A stretch of 64,000 nucleotides of DNA from Candidatus Bathyarchaeota archaeon (GCA_963771885.1 CAVYVF010000023.1:928001-992000); one strand, 5' to 3'; shown: positions 20,538-30,983, numbered from the stretch's first letter. Numbers and translations are program-made. The notes: generated by a model not told the origin, from the letters alone.

Positions 20538-21155
20538 TTGGAGTTTTACGAAGCAGTACGTAGAAGAAGAACGGTACGAGAATACAGCAGCAGGCCGGTC
20601 GAGGAAGAGAAGATACGCAGAGTTCTCACCGCGGGGCTCAGAGCGCCCGCGAACGCTCACCTGAAGGAGTGGCAGTTTATCCTCCTCAGGAACCCCGAGA
20701 ACAGGCGCAGAGCACTCGTCGATGCCCTGCACGCCCGTGACCTAAAGGACAAGAAGGGCATAGAGGACATCATCGAGACGATGCCTTACGAGGAGTTGAA
20801 GGAGGTCTATAGGAAGAGCCTCCCCTTACAACTCACGATGATGCTGGAGGCGCCTGAGCTACTCCTCGTTTGTTACAGGATGAGGAGGCCGCTCGCCGAG
20901 GTGAAGACGCTGTTTGAGCTGAACAACCTCGCGTCTGTGTGGTGCTGCGTGGAGAACATCGTCCTCGCTATGGCGGCGGAGGGGCTCTACGGGTGCACAT
21001 ACTCACCTTACAACACGGCGGATCTGAAAAAGTACCTCGGGCTGCCCCATGATATGGAGGTCGCCGTACTCATACCTATTGGCTACCCGAGGGCAGAGCC
21101 GGAGGAGAGGATATCAGAGGATCTGGACGCCCGGCTGCACATCGACAGGTGGTAG
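20538..21155 (+). CDS. Nitroreductase family protein
   Basis: RRRTVREY, AP, WQFI, ENIVLAMAAEGL, IPIGYP. Confidence 0.9.
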   Translation: MEFYEAVRRRRTVREYSSRPVEEEKIRRVLTAGLRAPANAHLKEWQFILLRNPENRRRALVDALHARDLKDKKGIEDIIETMPYEELKEVYRKSLPLQLTMMLEAPELLLVCYRMRRPLAEVKTLFELNNLASVWCCVENIVLAMAAEGLYGCTYSPYNTADLKKYLGLPHDMEVAVLIPIGYPRAEPEERISEDLDARLHIDRW

Positions 21156-22796
21156 CTACACGAAAGGGAGCGTGGCCCTCTTCGCCTTCCACCCTTCGGG
21201 CTTCGTTCCGTCAATGCCCAGGCCACCGTTTTGCATTGTGAAGTCGTCCCCCGGCTGGAATCGGGTCGCCATGCCCCAGACGACTTGGCGTAGATCGGAG
21301 GCGTCTACATCGTCGTCGACGCATATCGTCACCCCGGGGCCCTTCACGAGCCTCCTTAGCGCGTCCTTTGCGTCGGAGCCTGGGTGCATCCTGAGTACGG
21401 TGAGGCGCCCGTCGCCGAGAGGTTGCACCACCTCGTCTACGCCGGGCCAGTCGATCCCCGAAGGATTTCTGCCCTTCACGACCTTCACCGGCCCGGTGGC
21501 GACCATGATCGCCTTCGACGCGGTTCCGTCTGGGGACGAGGATGGGTCGAGCCTGTGGCAGAAGACGTCGTGGAGCATCTCTATCCCCGAACCAGTAGTC
21601 ATGTCGCACCTCTCCGCCGCCGCCCCAAGGCACGCGCCAAGGTCATCGACATCAACACCAGAGGGTAGGAGCAGAACCAGCTTCAGGTAGGGGTCGAGGC
21701 CCAGCACCAGCGTGCCTAGCTGCTTGGCATACCCCGGCACCTTCGACGCCGCCTCATCCATCGAGACGAGGCAGACGTAATGCGTCCCTGAGACGGGCCA
21801 GGACATGTCCCTGACAGCGGGAATCGGTGAGAAGGCAGAGACGGCGCCGAATATCCTCGCCTGCTTCGGCAGCCCGCTGAGGAGGAGATGCTCATCCGAG
21901 TTACTCGGCATAATCGTCTGGTAGATGGCGTCCCGCCGCATCGATACGCAGTCGACCTCGAGTACGTTCCTCGTCGACCTCCCGCTCAGATAGCCGCTGT
22001 ACTCGGTGAATGGGCCCTCGTCCTCCTCGGCGAGGGTTATTCTGCCCTCGAGCACGATCTCGGCGTCGGCGGGGACGGGGACATCTATCGTCTCAGCCTT
22101 TACGAGGCGCAGGGGCTCTCCAATTAGCGACCCGGTGACGGCGTACTCGCCTGTTATCTTCGCAGCCGCGGCGAGGTAGAGGGCCGGGTGGGCGCCAATG
22201 ATGACCGCTACCTCCAACGGCTTTCCCTTCGCCTTTGACTTCTCGAAGTAGCTCCACATGTTCCCCCTGCTGTGCAGCGTCGTCCCGATCTTCGCTCTGC
22301 CCTTGAGCTGCATCCGGGCGTAAGATAGGTTGACGACCTCGGGTCTGTCTGGGTCACGCGCAGCGACGAGGCCGCTCGTGATGTACCTGCCGGCGTCCTG
22401 CTCGTAGAACCTGAGTATCGGGAGCTTTGTCAGGTCGACGTATGACCCCCGTTGTATAACGTCCTTCACGGGTCCTATGGGGACCGTCGTGGGTTCGATG
22501 GTCTTCGCCATGAGGGATCCCCACTCCCTATACATGTCGGGACGCGTTGCGACGGGGTTCCTCGCCCCCTCGAGTGCGAGCTTTATCCTGTTCACGTGCC
22601 CGAAGACGTTGACGAGGACGGGCTGGCTGAAGCCCTTCACGTTCTCGAGGATGAGGGCTGGGTTCCCCGGCATCCGCGCCATCTCCTCGATCCTCCTGGT
22701 GACATCATATTCATGGCTCAGAGGCTCCTTGACCTTGACGAGTTGATCGGGCAGGAAGCGCTCGACCTTTTCGAGGTACGATCTTAGGTCGCGCAT
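21156..22796 (-). CDS. UbiD family (prFMN-dependent) decarboxylase
   Basis: LPIL..DAGRYIT, VPADAEIVLEG, EGPFTEYSGY, LDPSS, VDDDVD....VVWGMATR. Confidence 0.9.
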   Translation of the reverse strand: MRDLRSYLEKVERFLPDQLVKVKEPLSHEYDVTRRIEEMARMPGNPALILENVKGFSQPVLVNVFGHVNRIKLALEGARNPVATRPDMYREWGSLMAKTIEPTTVPIGPVKDVIQRGSYVDLTKLPILRFYEQDAGRYITSGLVAARDPDRPEVVNLSYARMQLKGRAKIGTTLHSRGNMWSYFEKSKAKGKPLEVAVIIGAHPALYLAAAAKITGEYAVTGSLIGEPLRLVKAETIDVPVPADAEIVLEGRITLAEEDEGPFTEYSGYLSGRSTRNVLEVDCVSMRRDAIYQTIMPSNSDEHLLLSGLPKQARIFGAVSAFSPIPAVRDMSWPVSGTHYVCLVSMDEAASKVPGYAKQLGTLVLGLDPYLKLVLLLPSGVDVDDLGACLGAAAERCDMTTGSGIEMLHDVFCHRLDPSSSPDGTASKAIMVATGPVKVVKGRNPSGIDWPGVDEVVQPLGDGRLTVLRMHPGSDAKDALRRLVKGPGVTICVDDDVDASDLRQVVWGMATRFQPGDDFTMQNGGLGIDGTKPEGWKAKRATLPFV

Positions 22797-22835
22797 GAAG
22801 GTAGGTTGGGTGCACGGGATAAAAGACCGTCGAGG

Positions 22836-24524
22836 TCACTTGAAGAGGTCGGGTTGGAACTCCTTGAAGCCCTCTGGGAAGTCCCAGGGGTCTACGTCGA
22901 ACTGGACCATGGCGGGGACGCCGCGGTCGTTCTCCTTCTTCGCCCTCTTCAACGCCTTCTTTATGTCCTCGGGGTCCGTGACCCGTGTACCGTAGCACCC
23001 CGAAGCCTCCGCAATCTTCACAAAGTCGGGCTGCGCCTCAAAGTCTACGGCGATATATCGCCCCTTATTCGCCTTCTCGTGGAGCTTTATCCAACCGAGG
23101 CTATCATTGTTGAGCACGATCCACGTGACTGGCGCCTTGTACTGTACGGCAGTGGGCATCTCCTTCATGAACATCTGGAACGCGCCATCCCCCGTCGTAC
23201 AGACGACGGGTCTCTCCGGTGCGGCGAGCTTCGCGCCTATGCAGCCAGCGACTGCGAGTCCCATGCAGGTCTGCTCTGCGGGCGCCACGCATCCGTCCAG
23301 TGCGCCGACCGCCCAGTAAGGCCAATAGTAGCTCCACAGGTCCTGGCTACCGTTCTCGTTGACGAGCACGGTCTTCGCCCCGAAGACGCGACACGCCTCG
23401 TAGACGACCCTCTTCGTCTTGATGAGCTTCGACGAGTCATTGCACTCCTCAGCGACCTCGGCGATGTAGGCTGCCGTGGCGTCGATGATCGTCTTGACGC
23501 GGGGCATTTTTAACAGGGGTGTCTTCTTCACTCTGCTACTCGTGTATGCGAGCAAATCCTGCAGGAAGAGTTTAGCGTCAGCTGCGATTGCTATGGCGGG
23601 CGTGAAGTTCCGCCCAAGCTCGTCTGCGTCGATGTCGACCTGCACGAACGCTGCTCCTTGCGGGTAATAGCGCCACCCCGCGGTCTGGAACTCCTCGTTC
23701 TTACTGCCGAGTGAGATGACTAGGTCCGCCGACTGGTACGCTTCCCGGCTGAGCCGTGTCCTGTAAAGTCCTACCTGTCCAAGATAGAGCGGATGGTCCT
23801 CGGGGATGACCCCGCGCCCGCTCGGCGTAGTAAGAACCGGTACCCCGAAGAGCTCTGCTAACATGCTAAGCTCCGCTGAGCACCCACTGTAGAGAGCACC
23901 ACCACCGGAAACGATTACCGGCTTCTCGGCGACGAGCAGCAGCTCTGCTGCGCGCTTCAACGCCTCAGGATCCGGCCTCATCCTTGTGAAGGGTATCGAG
24001 TGTGTGTAGCGGTTCTCCTTCACCTTCTCCTGCCCAACGTCGAAGGGGACTTCAAGATAAACGGGTCCCGGTTTCCCGTTAACGGCTAGGCTGAAGGCGC
24101 GCCTCGTTGCCCACGATGCACGATCCGCCCTCGGCACCCTGAAGCCCCATTTCGTAATGCCCCTGAAGACCTCCATCTGGGGGGCCTCTTGGAACGCGCC
24201 TTCTCCCTCATGGCAAAGCGCCGCCGAGCCTCCGAGCGCTAGCATGGGGACACAGCCGCTCCATGCCTCGAGAACCCCCGGTACGAGGTTCAAGACCCCG
24301 GGGCCGGGGCTCGCGAAGCAGACTCCGGGGCTCCGCCTCATTTTCCCGTAGGCGTAAGCCATGAACGCACCCGAGGCCTCGTGGCGCACAAGGACGGGCT
24401 TAATATCCGAATCATAAAGCGAATCATAGAGGGCGTCGGGGTGCCCTGGGAGGCCGAAGACGTAGCCTACCTTCTCCTCAGACAAACCCCTGACGATGAC
24501 GTCCCAAGCACGCACATCAACCAA
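22836..24524 (-). CDS. Thiamine-pyrophosphate-dependent enzyme (acetolactate synthase/benzaldehyde lyase-like)
   Basis: VFGLPG, VRHE, SPGPG, GPVY, GDGAF...LNN TPP motif. Confidence 0.9.
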   Translation of the reverse strand: MVDVRAWDVIVRGLSEEKVGYVFGLPGHPDALYDSLYDSDIKPVLVRHEASGAFMAYAYGKMRRSPGVCFASPGPGVLNLVPGVLEAWSGCVPMLALGGSAALCHEGEGAFQEAPQMEVFRGITKWGFRVPRADRASWATRRAFSLAVNGKPGPVYLEVPFDVGQEKVKENRYTHSIPFTRMRPDPEALKRAAELLLVAEKPVIVSGGGALYSGCSAELSMLAELFGVPVLTTPSGRGVIPEDHPLYLGQVGLYRTRLSREAYQSADLVISLGSKNEEFQTAGWRYYPQGAAFVQVDIDADELGRNFTPAIAIAADAKLFLQDLLAYTSSRVKKTPLLKMPRVKTIIDATAAYIAEVAEECNDSSKLIKTKRVVYEACRVFGAKTVLVNENGSQDLWSYYWPYWAVGALDGCVAPAEQTCMGLAVAGCIGAKLAAPERPVVCTTGDGAFQMFMKEMPTAVQYKAPVTWIVLNNDSLGWIKLHEKANKGRYIAVDFEAQPDFVKIAEASGCYGTRVTDPEDIKKALKRAKKENDRGVPAMVQFDVDPWDFPEGFKEFQPDLFK

Positions 24525-24639
24525 AACCGTGACCCAGAGAAAATACCTATGGATAAGAAGATAAAACCTAGTCTCGAAGAGTCAGAACCAACGGAAAAAA
24601 CTATCCCGTCAGACATCAAACTATACCCGGTGTAGGAAG

Positions 24640-25110
24640 ACGAGCAATGTAGTCTACGAGGACAAGTTCTTCATCGTCGAGAGCCCTGATCACCCCCTGA
24701 ACTGCAGGGACGACGGAGGCCACCTCATCATGAGCAAGAAGGAGAGGGTCTTCGACCGCTCCGACATGACCGCTGAGGAGGCGATCGACTTCATGCGAAT
24801 ATCGATGATGGTAGGTAAATCCATGTACAGAGTCCTCGGCATCGAAAGGATGAACTACGAGGACCTCGCCAACTGGGGGCTGGACACCCCAGGTGGCCCG
24901 AAGATGCACCTCCATTTCTTCGGCAGGGCGAAGAGGCAGATACACCAGATCCGGGGGCAGCACATCGCCCTCTTCCCCAAGGGTCACCCCATCTACGAGG
25001 GCCACCTCAAGCCATTCACGGCGGAGGAGATCATGAATCTTAGGACAGAGATAGATAAGATCTCCCGCGAAGAGAAATACGTGAAAATGGCCGAGTTGGC
25101 CGGCCTTTAG
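24640..25110 (+). CDS. HIT-like protein (start uncertain)
   Basis: In-frame VVYEDKFF...DGGHLI upstream of the 24730 ATG; NYEDLANW, HLH motif (KMHLHFFGR). Confidence 0.7.
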   Translation, partial: TSNVVYEDKFFIVESPDHPLNCRDDGGHLIMSKKERVFDRSDMTAEEAIDFMRISMMVGKSMYRVLGIERMNYEDLANWGLDTPGGPKMHLHFFGRAKRQIHQIRGQHIALFPKGHPIYEGHLKPFTAEEIMNLRTEIDKISREEKYVKMAELAGL

Positions 25111-25113
25111 AAC

Positions 25114-26044
25114 CTACTTCTTCTGGGAATGAGGCTTGGGTGAGGACTCTTCATCGTCCTCATCATCGTCATCGCCCCTGCCGCCGTAGATGAACTGGAG
25201 GTCGTCGAAGCTGAGCTTCTCTCCCGCCGCCATCTTGCGTTGAGCCTCCGTGCGTAGCGCCTCGACGCGTGCGTTGACCTTCGCCATCTTGTCACGCTCG
25301 ACCTTTATATCGTCGGCGCGGAGACCATCCCTGATGCCGCGTACCTGCGAGCCATAAGCCGTCGAGTTCCTGCTCAACCTTCTTGACCTCCCCAAGGTAC
25401 TCGACGAACTTGGCGTGTGCCTGGTTCGCCTTCTCCCTTTCATCGTCCGCCTTGCGGTGGAGGAGGAGCATCGACTCGTGGTGTTTCTGGCTCTCCTCGC
25501 GGAGCGTGTTCATCTCGTCGCGTATCTGGCGGATGTTCATCTCCGTCGCCTTGGCTTCGGCGGTCGCCTCCATGGTGGCCTCCGTGCGCTTCGGCGGCTT
25601 CTTGAATGTGCTCAGCCTTCGGCGAAGTGAGTTGGCGCGCTCGACGAGCTCGAGTTCCCTCTCCTTGTCGAGCATGTCGCGCGTAGGAGTCGTCATGACC
25701 TCCCACTCTACTGTGTTGAGGTCGCGCTCGACGCGCTTCTTCTTCGGCATCTCCCTGTAGCCCTGCTGGACCTGCTGTTCAATGCCGGCGAGCTTCTTCC
25801 GCTTCTCGTCGAGTTGGTCGTAGAGTGGTTGTAGCTTCGCCTTTATCTCGGCGACGCGGGCGTTGATCTTGTCCCGCTCCTCCTTATGCTTTATCGCCTC
25901 CTCGCGCATCTTCCGGGCGGACTCGTTTATCCTGTCCCGCTCATCGCGCCAGCGATTGACGTGTTCGAAAAGTTCGCTCCGCTTCCTGCGGAGATCGGAA
26001 GTCATGTTCTCAAGCTGGTCGAGCTTGAGGTCGTTACCGGCCAT
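25114..26044 (-). CDS. Archaeal coiled-coil protein (COG1340-like), frameshifted near 25350
   Basis: Long E/K/R heptad coiled coil; RD.IN, EWEVMTTP...ERELVE, C-terminal GEKLSFDDLQ. Confidence 0.8.
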
Positions 26045-26265
26045 CAGCAAATTACACCGCTTAGGGGTCTCAGACCTACGCCTACTATTGACCTCGCATC
26101 CTATTCAAAAAGGAATCGGCTCCCAGAAGGGTTCGTAGCGGACACAACGAGTTGCATGGGGTGTTTTCAAAGCTTTTTCGGGGTATTTTACGTTTTCATA
26201 TGGTTTAACTTATATGTAAAAATACCTAAATATTAAACTGTCCGGCTGTTGAAGCTTTACATTGC

Positions 26266-26520
26266 TTGGAGTCAACATTCGGCTTAATCTCGTCACTCGT
26301 GACGCTCGCATGCATGCTTATTTTCTTCGTCTATGCAATGAAGTATTACGACTCCAGAACATTACCTTGGCAACGCTCGGGGGGAAGAGGCAGCAGGTTA
26401 ACGAAGAAAGGAATGAAGGTCCCGGCGACTGGAGGGATGCATCTCTCGTCTCGCGCGCTAAGCCTGCGCCGTTCCCCCACACCAAGTGACCACGTTACTC
26501 GTTCCCGAGAACATCGCTGA
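26266..26520 (+). CDS. Possible small membrane-anchored protein
   Basis: TTG start after an AT-rich promoter-like region; N-terminal hydrophobic helix. Confidence 0.3.
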   Translation: MESTFGLISSLVTLACMLIFFVYAMKYYDSRTLPWQRSGGRGSRLTKKGMKVPATGGMHLSSRALSLRRSPTPSDHVTRSREHR

Positions 26521-26715
26521 CATTTCCATGGTCACCCCCTTAACCTCTAAAAGCTCCTTGATCTAAAGATAGTAATTAAGTTGAAAGGGGTGCCTTAAAC
26601 GCTCCTTTCAACCAACGAAGCCGTTTTCGCTCTTATGTTTATTATCTTTAATTGGGTAGATTTTGGACTTACCTCGCTTAGTCTAGGCGAATCAGATTTA
26701 TCCCTGATACATATC

Positions 26716-28254
26716 ATGGAATTCATGGCCCTCTTAAAGAGGCTGTTAACCGGTCTACTAATCACGGCTGTCATCGCCGTCCTCGTTCTCGGCTACTTCG
26801 GTTTCATCCCCGGCGTCTCCGACCTGATGGGGGCGAACACCCCGCGTGACCTTGGCGTCCAACCCACATCGGCTGTGCTCGCCTCAGTGAACGCGAAGCT
26901 CGGTGTCTCCTACTCGACGCTCCCGTCAAGCGCAACGGGCGCGGCTTCCCTCCAGGAGTCGGGGAGCCAACAGATCAGCGTCCAGCTCACCTCGGAGGAG
27001 GTGACGGCGCTCATCAACGACCACGCCAAGAGGTGGAAGTACTACCCCATCACGGATGTCCAGGTTAAGATAAACGCCGACAACACAATCGAGCTCTCAG
27101 GGAGGCTGCGCGTCGATAGATGGAGCGGATACGCCGACGCTATCGGGCTAACAGAGGAGATCCGGGATCAGTTACGCCCATATCTGGGCTACGTTAAGAC
27201 GAGCCCATCCATCTACATGAGAGGGTCGCTGACCCTGCAGGGCTACGCTTCAATTATGACGGAGGAATTACAACTCGGCAGGGTTCCGGTGCCTGCTGAC
27301 CAGATCAACGAGTACGACGGCATCCTTGAGTACTTCGTAGAGGAGGTATCGAACCTATACCAACTACAAATAAGCCAACTCTATGCCTCTGGTGGATCAC
27401 TAACAGTCACGGGTAGTATCCCGACGAGTGTGGCTCTTGCGCCACCAGTGGAGGAGCAGGCAGTCATACGCCAGTCAGCGTTCTGGGCTCCCGACCCTGA
27501 GAAGGCTATACAAGCCTTCGGCCTCGTAACCCTCGTCTATGTCGTTGGCAATCTGCTGCGCGCCCAGCTGAGCAACTTAGGCGAGAAGCTTGGGAGCATG
27601 CTCCCAAGCGGTATCCAGATGTGGATTGAGAACTACCTCGGCTCTAAAGGAGAATTATCCGTACAAGCGGGTTTGGGTTCGGTGTTCAAGCTTACCAGGG
27701 TCGAGCTGATAGCTTACGCAATTGCTTTGGTTACGCTGACAGTGGCGTTCGCTTACTCTAGCGCGGCGACGCTGGAGGAGGTTCTTATCGGTATCCCTAT
27801 CATCCTTGGTACGAGTATTCTCATCGAGTTCCTAAAGAATTACCTGCTCAACGTCTTCTCGCGTCGTAAGGGGGCGTGGGTGGAGTATCGCATTTGGGCC
27901 CCCGGCTGGTTAATGTTCGCCGTCTCAAGTTTCTTCTTCAAGACCCCCTTCTCCTCTCCGAGTAAGACCGCGAAGCACGCGTGTCCCGAGTCAGAGCAGA
28001 TATGTGGACTCATGGCGGTCTCCTCCGTGGTGCTCGTTCTCCTCTTCGGTGCGGGTTTCTACTATGTGAGCACTCAGGGAATCTCCGAGATAGGCAACAT
28101 CGGCCTCGGCATGTGCCTGCTGGCCGCGTTCTTTGATAGTATACCCATCCCACCGCTAAACGGTAAGGACATATGGGACTGGAACAAGACTGCGTCGATC
28201 CTCCTGCTCGTAGCGACGTTCGCCGCGAACCTCTACTGGCTCATGATGATGTAA
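26716..28254 (+). CDS. Membrane protein with extracellular domain and C-terminal degenerate M50 (S2P)-like domain
   Basis: N-terminal TM/signal, soluble region, multi-TM C-terminus ending FDSIPIPPLNGKDIWDWNK. Confidence 0.7.
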   Translation: MEFMALLKRLLTGLLITAVIAVLVLGYFGFIPGVSDLMGANTPRDLGVQPTSAVLASVNAKLGVSYSTLPSSATGAASLQESGSQQISVQLTSEEVTALINDHAKRWKYYPITDVQVKINADNTIELSGRLRVDRWSGYADAIGLTEEIRDQLRPYLGYVKTSPSIYMRGSLTLQGYASIMTEELQLGRVPVPADQINEYDGILEYFVEEVSNLYQLQISQLYASGGSLTVTGSIPTSVALAPPVEEQAVIRQSAFWAPDPEKAIQAFGLVTLVYVVGNLLRAQLSNLGEKLGSMLPSGIQMWIENYLGSKGELSVQAGLGSVFKLTRVELIAYAIALVTLTVAFAYSSAATLEEVLIGIPIILGTSILIEFLKNYLLNVFSRRKGAWVEYRIWAPGWLMFAVSSFFFKTPFSSPSKTAKHACPESEQICGLMAVSSVVLVLLFGAGFYYVSTQGISEIGNIGLGMCLLAAFFDSIPIPPLNGKDIWDWNKTASILLLVATFAANLYWLMMM

Positions 28255-28358
28255 CCCGCCGGTCAAACTATACTAGTTTTTATCAGCAAATACAATGCTC
28301 CGGGTACACCTCACCATAAAGTTAAACTTCATAATCCGTGCAAATCTATACGAATATC

Positions 28359-28613
28359 ATGAAAGAGGAAAAACAAGGAACAAAGGTTCCCAAAAAAGAA
28401 AAAGAGGCACCGGATAAGAAGGCGAACAAGAAGAGAGCCGACTATCTCGTAACATACGAGGTGGAGGGGGCCAGATCCAAGAAACAGAAAGCGAGCGCCT
28501 ACTCTGAGGAAGAGGCGGAGGAGATAGTGACTAAGAAACTAAACGGGCAGATTGCGAAGGGAGAGATCAACGGCTTCAAGATCCTCTCAATAGAGATAGA
28601 TAGTCAGAAGTGA
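28359..28613 (+). CDS. Small Lys/Glu-rich hypothetical protein
   Basis: 84-aa ORF in an AT-richer region, followed by a cccgtacggg hairpin and T-run. Confidence 0.6.
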   Translation: MKEEKQGTKVPKKEKEAPDKKANKKRADYLVTYEVEGARSKKQKASAYSEEEAEEIVTKKLNGQIAKGEINGFKILSIEIDSQK

Positions 28614-28911
28614 CTCGTTCACCGAGCCCGTACGGGGGCGTTTTTACAATTCGCGCCCCGATTTATGCCTATTAAAGCCATCCTTTTTATGCTAACCTTC
28701 CCCTATTGATATGGCGAAAGTTTTTGTGTATTTTAAGAGTAAGTACTGTAACGAATTGTAATAAGTGCAAGTCCTCAATCAGAACCTATTGTTCGATAAA
28801 AAAGAAGGGACACAGTAGGAAGGTTTTCAAGTAGTACATATAGTCTGGGGTTCACACTACGGATTAGATTTAACAACCCGCTGCCCCACTCCTAGGCATC
28901 CGGTGCAGGAT

Positions 28912-29733
28912 ATGGGTAAGATTGGGATAACCCTCGCGACGACCGACCAGGCCGCCGCGAACATATTCGAGATATTCAAGGAACGAGGCTTCTTCGCTAT
29001 TCGTGAGGGCGTCTACGCGAAAGGTGACCTGCTCCTTATCCCCATTCCGAGAGAGATCGTACCCGTGGAGGATGAGTCGGCCCCAATGGTGCCCGACCCA
29101 TACCCCATCGACTATGACGCCCTCGCTGTTGAACTCGGTATCGACTACTTCGTCGTGGCGAGCCGCCACTGGGCACGTAGCGGGCAACCAAGCCTCACGG
29201 CGCACGCGACGGGCAACTTCGGCGAGGCACTTTTAGGTGGGAGGCCCCACGAGCTCCAGCCCGTTCCCGCAGAGGCTATGAGGAACGTCTATGTCGCCTT
29301 GAAGAGAAGCCCCCCCGTAGGATTCACTGTCAGCCTAGAGGCAACACACCACAGCCCGACGCAGTTCAGCGTGCCAATGTTCTTCGCCGAGGTGGGGAGT
29401 AGTGAAGCGCAGTGGGGAGATATCGCCGCCTGCGAGTACCTCGTCGACGCCATACTCGAAGGTGCCGCGTCAAAGGAGAGGGCTCCTCGGGCGATAGGCT
29501 TCGGCGGCGGCCACTACTGCCCCAAGTTCAGCGTCATGGAGGGGGAGTACGCCTTCGGCCACGTCGCCGCCAAGTACGCCATTCCGAGCCTTAACGACGA
29601 TTTAATTCGGCAGATGGTAGATAAAACGGGGGGCGTCGAAAGGGCCTTCGTCGAGAGCGGCCTTAAAGGCTCAGAGAAGCAGATGCTCAAGACAGCGCTT
29701 GCCCGCCTCAGCGTCGAGTGCGTTATCGTCTAG
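28912..29733 (+). CDS. dtdA: D-aminoacyl-tRNA deacylase (archaeal DTD2)
   Basis: SRH...PSLTAHATGN, SLEATHHSP, FAEVGS...W, GFGGGHY. Confidence 0.93.
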   Translation: MGKIGITLATTDQAAANIFEIFKERGFFAIREGVYAKGDLLLIPIPREIVPVEDESAPMVPDPYPIDYDALAVELGIDYFVVASRHWARSGQPSLTAHATGNFGEALLGGRPHELQPVPAEAMRNVYVALKRSPPVGFTVSLEATHHSPTQFSVPMFFAEVGSSEAQWGDIAACEYLVDAILEGAASKERAPRAIGFGGGHYCPKFSVMEGEYAFGHVAAKYAIPSLNDDLIRQMVDKTGGVERAFVESGLKGSEKQMLKTALARLSVECVIV

Positions 29734-30983
29734 CGCCGCTTCGATTGGACCGCTTTTTCGTACTTTCTGATCTCCGTCATCCACTCGCGGTCACTCGACA
29801 CGCCTTGCTCCTCGCAGAACATGTTCCAGACAGCTCCGACGGGTAACGCCTTCGTCTCCTCAAGCAGTGCGAGCCGACCCGTGTAGTCCCCCGCCTCCTC
29901 GAGCCCTACTAAAATCTGATGTGGCTCAAGTAGGGCAGCTAGTAGTGCCTTCTGCGTGGCGCGGGCGCCTATGACCCAGGCGGCTACCCTGTTAATGCTT
30001 GCGTCGAAGTAGTCGAGGGCGAGGTGTACCCTGTTGAGTGCGCCGCATCTGACGACCTCTAGCATCGTGTCGCGTATCTGGTCGTCGACTACGGGGACGT
30101 GGTCACTGTCCCAGCGGACGCCGCGGCTGACATGCAGCATCATCTCGGGCATGTTGAGGAGTATGGAGCTGAGTTTGTCGCCTATCGACTCGGTTGGGTG
30201 GTAGTGGCCCATGTCAATGCAGACCATGAGGTTGTGCCTCAGGGCGTAGGCTAGGTAGAAGTCGTGGCTACCGACGACATAGCACTCGCTGCCGAGTCCG
30301 AAGAGCTTCGATTCAACGGTGTCCTTCAGGTGATCGGTGGGGTATTGCTCGGCGTATATCTCGTCGAGCGACTCCATCAAGAGTTTCCTATACCCGATCC
30401 TATCGACGGTGCTGTCCTTCATGCCGTCGGGTATCCATAGGTCGTGTATGCACGGCGAGCCGAGACTCTCGCCAATGTGCGCGGAGATTCGGCGCGTCTG
30501 CTTGACGTGCTCGACCCAGTATCGGCGTATCGCAGGATCCTTGCTGCTGAGGGTGAAGCCGGCATCGGACTTGGGGTGGCTGAAGACGGTGGCGTTGAAG
30601 TCGAGTCCCAGCTTCTTCTCCCTCGCCCAGCCTATCCAGTCTTCGAAGTGCTTGGGGGCGACACTGTTCCTCTCGATCTTCTCCTCGAAGTCACCGTAGG
30701 TGGCGTGGAGATTAACCCTGTGGGGGCCGGGTATGAGGCTCATCGCCTCCTCGAGGTCGGAGCGGAGCTCGGCGGCGTTCCTCGCCTTCCCGGGGAAGTT
30801 GCCAGTCGCCATGATGCCGCCGGTGAGTGCTGCGCCGGGGCTCTCAAAGCCCGAGACGTCGTCCCCCTGCCAGCACTGGAGGCAGATACTCTTCGCCGCC
30901 AGCCTCCTCATCGCTTCCCTCACGTCTACGCCAAGGTCGGCGTATTCCTCAACGGCGAGGTCGAATGCCTTCTCGTTTTTCAA
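29730..30983 (-). CDS. rhaA: L-rhamnose isomerase
   Basis: CWQGDDVSGFE, ATGNFPGKAR, VESKLFGLGSE, GHYHPTE, HVSRGVRWDSDHV, FDASINR. Confidence 0.95.
   Translation of the reverse strand: MKNEKAFDLAVEEYADLGVDVREAMRRLAAKSICLQCWQGDDVSGFESPGAALTGGIMATGNFPGKARNAAELRSDLEEAMSLIPGPHRVNLHATYGDFEEKIERNSVAPKHFEDWIGWAREKKLGLDFNATVFSHPKSDAGFTLSSKDPAIRRYWVEHVKQTRRISAHIGESLGSPCIHDLWIPDGMKDSTVDRIGYRKLLMESLDEIYAEQYPTDHLKDTVESKLFGLGSECYVVGSHDFYLAYALRHNLMVCIDMGHYHPTESIGDKLSSILLNMPEMMLHVSRGVRWDSDHVPVVDDQIRDTMLEVVRCGALNRVHLALDYFDASINRVAAWVIGARATQKALLAALLEPHQILVGLEEAGDYTGRLALLEETKALPVGAVWNMFCEEQGVSSDREWMTEIRKYEKAVQSKRR

Noticed and set aside
26182..26226. Imperfect inverted repeat GGTATTTT...AAAATACC in AT-rich DNA
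   Set aside because: Short and AT-rich, plausible by chance; no transposase or target duplication nearby
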